64,000 nucleotides of DNA from Comamonadaceae bacterium (GTDB lineage Bacteria > Pseudomonadota > Gammaproteobacteria > Burkholderiales > Burkholderiaceae_C): assembly GCA_947375135.1 (NCBI GenBank), contig CANCER010000015.1, positions 7,142 through 71,141 of the forward strand. The letters run 5' to 3'. Position numbers and translations under genes: made by a program. Under the pieces are notes generated by a model that searched no databases, had not been told where the DNA came from, and was given only the letters and a program-made list of their open reading frames with translations. Shown piece after piece: positions 62,101-64,000 of this stretch. How positions within the stretch are numbered: the stretch's first letter is position 1; every line of letters begins with the position of its first letter.

Positions 62101-62213
62101 TACAGCCACACCTTCAGCAAGCCCGGCGTCTTGTCAAACAAGGCCTGCAGCCGCGCGAAGCTAAGGGGTGCAATCCCAAAGGGCCAATCCTTTTCGGCGT
62201 CAGGCACCGTCAT
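59151..62213 (-). CDS. Type III restriction (Res)-like DEAD/DEAH helicase-nuclease with N-terminal fused MNT nucleotidyltransferase domain
   Basis: N-terminal LYGSRARGDHRSTSDIDLA; PTGGGKT, IDEGHH, ALQEGWDCP, QLTGRILR; C-terminal YPDF..LETKG. Confidence 0.9.
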   Translation of the reverse strand: MTVPDAEKDWPFGIAPLSFARLQALFDKTPGLLKVWLYGSRARGDHRSTSDIDLAFAHEAGSDAVGIASDVEDLELIYRTDVLNLADPISAEFRARIEQDRKVFWEPRRHAVERHHLGSVQPKEFQTKVLEQLGTYLAELKKHQAHTVAAQSALRAMEGMEDVLRDAGDFPKKTWAALRASGKLPKAFAEQPYSSRFDGTGSAVPNVCLKVPTGGGKTLLAAASVGQVFGSYLQRHAGLVLWIVPNEAIYRQTLKTLANRDHPYRQMLNVAGAGRVKILEKDSPLTRLDLDSNLCVMLLMLQSAARKDEAQRKLKAFRDRGNVLGFLPREDDIEAHWKLLNAVPNLDAYTAWGTSQAEARATKGSIVKSSLGNVLRLVRPMVVIDEGHHAYTENALRTLDGFNPCFMLELSATPRVVSAKDASKAAAKGDAASGSNILVDVRGTDLDGAEMIKLPINVDMRGWADWQSCLAASVQQLDLLQAEAAGLRAETNRYIRPMLLVQVERTGKDLRDSGFIHAEDAKAYLMQLGFTPAQIAIKTSDKDELKSPENLDLLSPQCEVRAIITKQALQEGWDCPFAYVLCALAAGKDVRAMTQLTGRILRLPHVAKTGRPALDACYVLCYNAKTGEVVKAIKQSLETEGMGDLALAVHGDAADPAAPKPVHFKRRAQFAQLRVFLPRVTWVETEASGAKQRRELAYESDVLSRIDWTQLDVAGLGAARGDLPGWAPSAQAALGRRFALGLDLLEDAALPDAGVPEWREAVLDRAALVRGLLDIAPNAWCVWEWVEAVVQRLLAQGLAQEAIALSSASLLERLRMDVECERDRLAQAVFEQCVAGGQIEFSLRADATDYEIPAEFAQELSGKLQPLVRDDDGTVVAKSLFEPALTALTDSGLERDVACYLDGKAALQWWHRNVAKAQYGLQGWKRNKVYPDFVFARIAEGSASKLVVLETKGLQLKGSDDTLYKHALLQRLTRAYADQRFARAGELELVAQGQTLVCDMVFEGDWRGTLNARHFSSENL

Positions 62214-62605
62214 AGCGTTTGCAGCTTGTCGCGCAAGGCGTCAAACACAGCCAGCGCGTGCGTGCGCACATAGGCATCCACGGTCACCGCCGTGGCTTCG
62301 TTATAGGTGTGGCTGGTTTGGTTGCGCTGCTCTTTGATTTGCTCCCATATCTGTGGGTCGGCAATCAGGCCACAGCGGAAGGCCGCCTGCAAAATGGCGC
62401 GCTGCATTTCGGGCGTGTTTTCGCCCTGGTTACGCAGCCAGTTGAACATGCACTTCCAGGCCAATTCGTAGGTGAACTCAAAGCGCTGAATCAGGCTGTC
62501 GCGAATGATGTCGGTCTGGTCCAGGGCCACCACTTCATGCAAGCGGTCCAGTGCCCGGAAGTATTGCTTGCGCGTCAATTCAAAACGTTCTCTGAAAGTG
62601 TCCAT
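62210..62605 (-). CDS. HI0074-family HEPN protein (nucleotidyltransferase substrate-binding subunit)
   Basis: RDSLIQRFEFTYELAWK, RNQTSHTY (Rx4H). Confidence 0.9.
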   Translation of the reverse strand: MDTFRERFELTRKQYFRALDRLHEVVALDQTDIIRDSLIQRFEFTYELAWKCMFNWLRNQGENTPEMQRAILQAAFRCGLIADPQIWEQIKEQRNQTSHTYNEATAVTVDAYVRTHALAVFDALRDKLQTL

Positions 62606-62606
62606 C

Positions 62607-64000
62607 TCAAGCCTCCCGATACAAAGCAAAGGGCAGCGGCGCATAGTCCACGCCGTGTTCGAGCAACTGCTTGTTGCTCATGTATTTGGCCGGGGCAAAC
62701 ACCAGGTGGCGCTTGCCGTCGCCCTTGCCGCCCTGCTTGGCCTGGCCCCAGGCGGCAAACTCCTTGGCGCGGCTCAGGGTCAGGGCTGCGTCGGGCGATT
62801 TCAAAAATGACAGCTCGGGCGCATACACCAGCCAGACATGCGCGTCGCTGGCCTCGCCCAGGTACCACGGGGGCGCGCCCTTGGGGCTTGGCAACAAGGT
62901 GCCGCCGGTGGCGGTGTAAAACAGCCAGGCACCCAGCGCGTCGAAGGCGGGAAGCACTTCGCCACTGAGCAGTTTTTCCACGTCCAGCGGTTCGCCCAGC
63001 GTGCAATAGGTGAACTCGCCGCCCAGGCCATCGGCCATTTCGGACAAGCGCTTTTCGCCTTCCACCCGTAGCACGCCGTCTTTGAGTTCGACGTTGATTT
63101 TGTGGAAGCGCTTGCTTTTTGGGGGGGCACTGGCGGTGTTGGCGGTGTTGGCGGTGTTGGCGGTGTTGGCGGTGTTGGCGGTGTTGGCGGTGTTGGCGGT
63201 GTTGGCGGTGTTGGCAGGGCCCGCTGGCTGGGTGGGCGGCAGGCGGTTCTGCTCCGTGTCCCCCGCCCGCTGCGCGGGCTCCTCCTTAACCTGCGCAGAA
63301 CCGTCTGCCGCCCATCCGTCCAGCTCCATTTGTGCCGCTGCTTCCACAAAGCCTTCCTGCACCTTGATGGCTTCCACCTTGGCTAGCCATTGGTCGGCTT
63401 TTTTGAACTGGGTGAAGGTGATTTTTTCTTCGAGCAAGGTCTCGCGCTGCGTGCCCTGCCAGGCGTAACCCATGATGGCACGACGTACGCGCTCGGCGGT
63501 CAGCTTGTCGGCATAGTCTTCGCCTTCAACCAGAATGAACTTGCGCCGCCCCCCGTCCTTGGCATTGGCCTTGAGCACGGCATGGGCGGTGGTGCCGGAG
63601 CCAGCGAAGCTGTCCAGGATGAGGGAATCACCATGCGTGGCCAGATCAAGAATTCGACCAAGAAGACGCGTAGGTTTTGGATAGTCGAACGGGTTGGCTG
63701 CACCAAGAATTTCGTTGATTTCCTTTTTTGCCTCTTGGTTGTGACCGACCTCCTCGTTGCTCCACCAGGTCCAGCCACTCACTCCCTGACTTTCGTCCAG
63801 ATAGGTTTTAATTCGCGGCTTCGCATTTCCTGAAACGCCAAACCATATCTTGCCCTCACGCCTGAGCCGCAAAAACTCAGGCTCCAGCATGGACCAGCAC
63901 CGTCCAGGTGGCGCGGCCACCAGTTCTCCGCTTGGTAACGCTACTTTGTATTGCTGGTCTTTTCGCTTGGTTGCGTCCGGATTTTGGGCCGTCATGTCGG
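62607..64000 (-). CDS. Type III modification (Mod)-like N6-adenine DNA methyltransferase, C-terminal part; start lies beyond the window
   Basis: FDYPKPTRL, ILDSFAGSGTTAHAV, KFILVE..YAD..TAERV. Confidence 0.9.
   Translation of the reverse strand, partial: DMTAQNPDATKRKDQQYKVALPSGELVAAPPGRCWSMLEPEFLRLRREGKIWFGVSGNAKPRIKTYLDESQGVSGWTWWSNEEVGHNQEAKKEINEILGAANPFDYPKPTRLLGRILDLATHGDSLILDSFAGSGTTAHAVLKANAKDGGRRKFILVEGEDYADKLTAERVRRAIMGYAWQGTQRETLLEEKITFTQFKKADQWLAKVEAIKVQEGFVEAAAQMELDGWAADGSAQVKEEPAQRAGDTEQNRLPPTQPAGPANTANTANTANTANTANTANTANTANTASAPPKSKRFHKINVELKDGVLRVEGEKRLSEMADGLGGEFTYCTLGEPLDVEKLLSGEVLPAFDALGAWLFYTATGGTLLPSPKGAPPWYLGEASDAHVWLVYAPELSFLKSPDAALTLSRAKEFAAWGQAKQGGKGDGKRHLVFAPAKYMSNKQLLEHGVDYAPLPFALYREA
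63132..63212. repeat. Tandem 9-bp repeat (GGCGGTGTT)x9 encoding (ANT)9 inside mod
   Basis: Counted directly in the sequence and in the translation. Confidence 0.95.
63226..63321. repeat. Fifth copy of the structured palindromic unit, in-frame within mod
   Basis: TCCGTGTCCCCC-GCCCGC-tgc-GCGGGC-TCCTCCTTAACCT core with a different ~27-bp closing stem. Confidence 0.88.

Noticed and set aside
63132-63212. Classical ON/OFF phasevarion repeat
   Set aside because: A 9-bp unit preserves the reading frame

Overview
GC-rich betaproteobacterial chromosome segment; protein style suggests Comamonadaceae (inference). From left to right it contains: a urease cluster (ureA-J-B-C-E-F-G, no ureD in the window) ending at tRNA-Ser(TGA); an MNT antitoxin with a truncated HepT toxin; assorted metabolic genes (MFS, acyl-CoA ligase, IorAB-like molybdoenzyme, PfkB, transaldolase-like, phasin); and an anaerobiosis block (narK-narK-narGHJI, PPIase, class II RNR nrdJ). 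narX and narL are split by about 12 kb that holds a Propionibacterium-type transcarboxylase operon, a PIN toxin-antitoxin pair and an AT-richer island. That island encodes an HTH-WYL regulator plus an operon of glycine-zipper/TerB/coiled-coil membrane proteins behind a DriD/PafBC-like promoter. Further right are glycerate kinase/GntR, a scar of gene fragments, an AmmeMemoRadiSam cluster, an ABC exporter, DUF3300/DUF2950, and a type III R-M locus with an embedded HEPN gene and an MNT domain fused to Res. Best candidates for novelty: (1) the WYL-controlled membrane/TerB operon; (2) a ~97-nt covarying structured repeat present 5 times, once in-frame inside the methyltransferase; (3) the HEPN/MNT-Res type III R-M architecture; (4) a transcarboxylase in a betaproteobacterium. 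All family calls come from recognising motifs by eye; no database searches were run.
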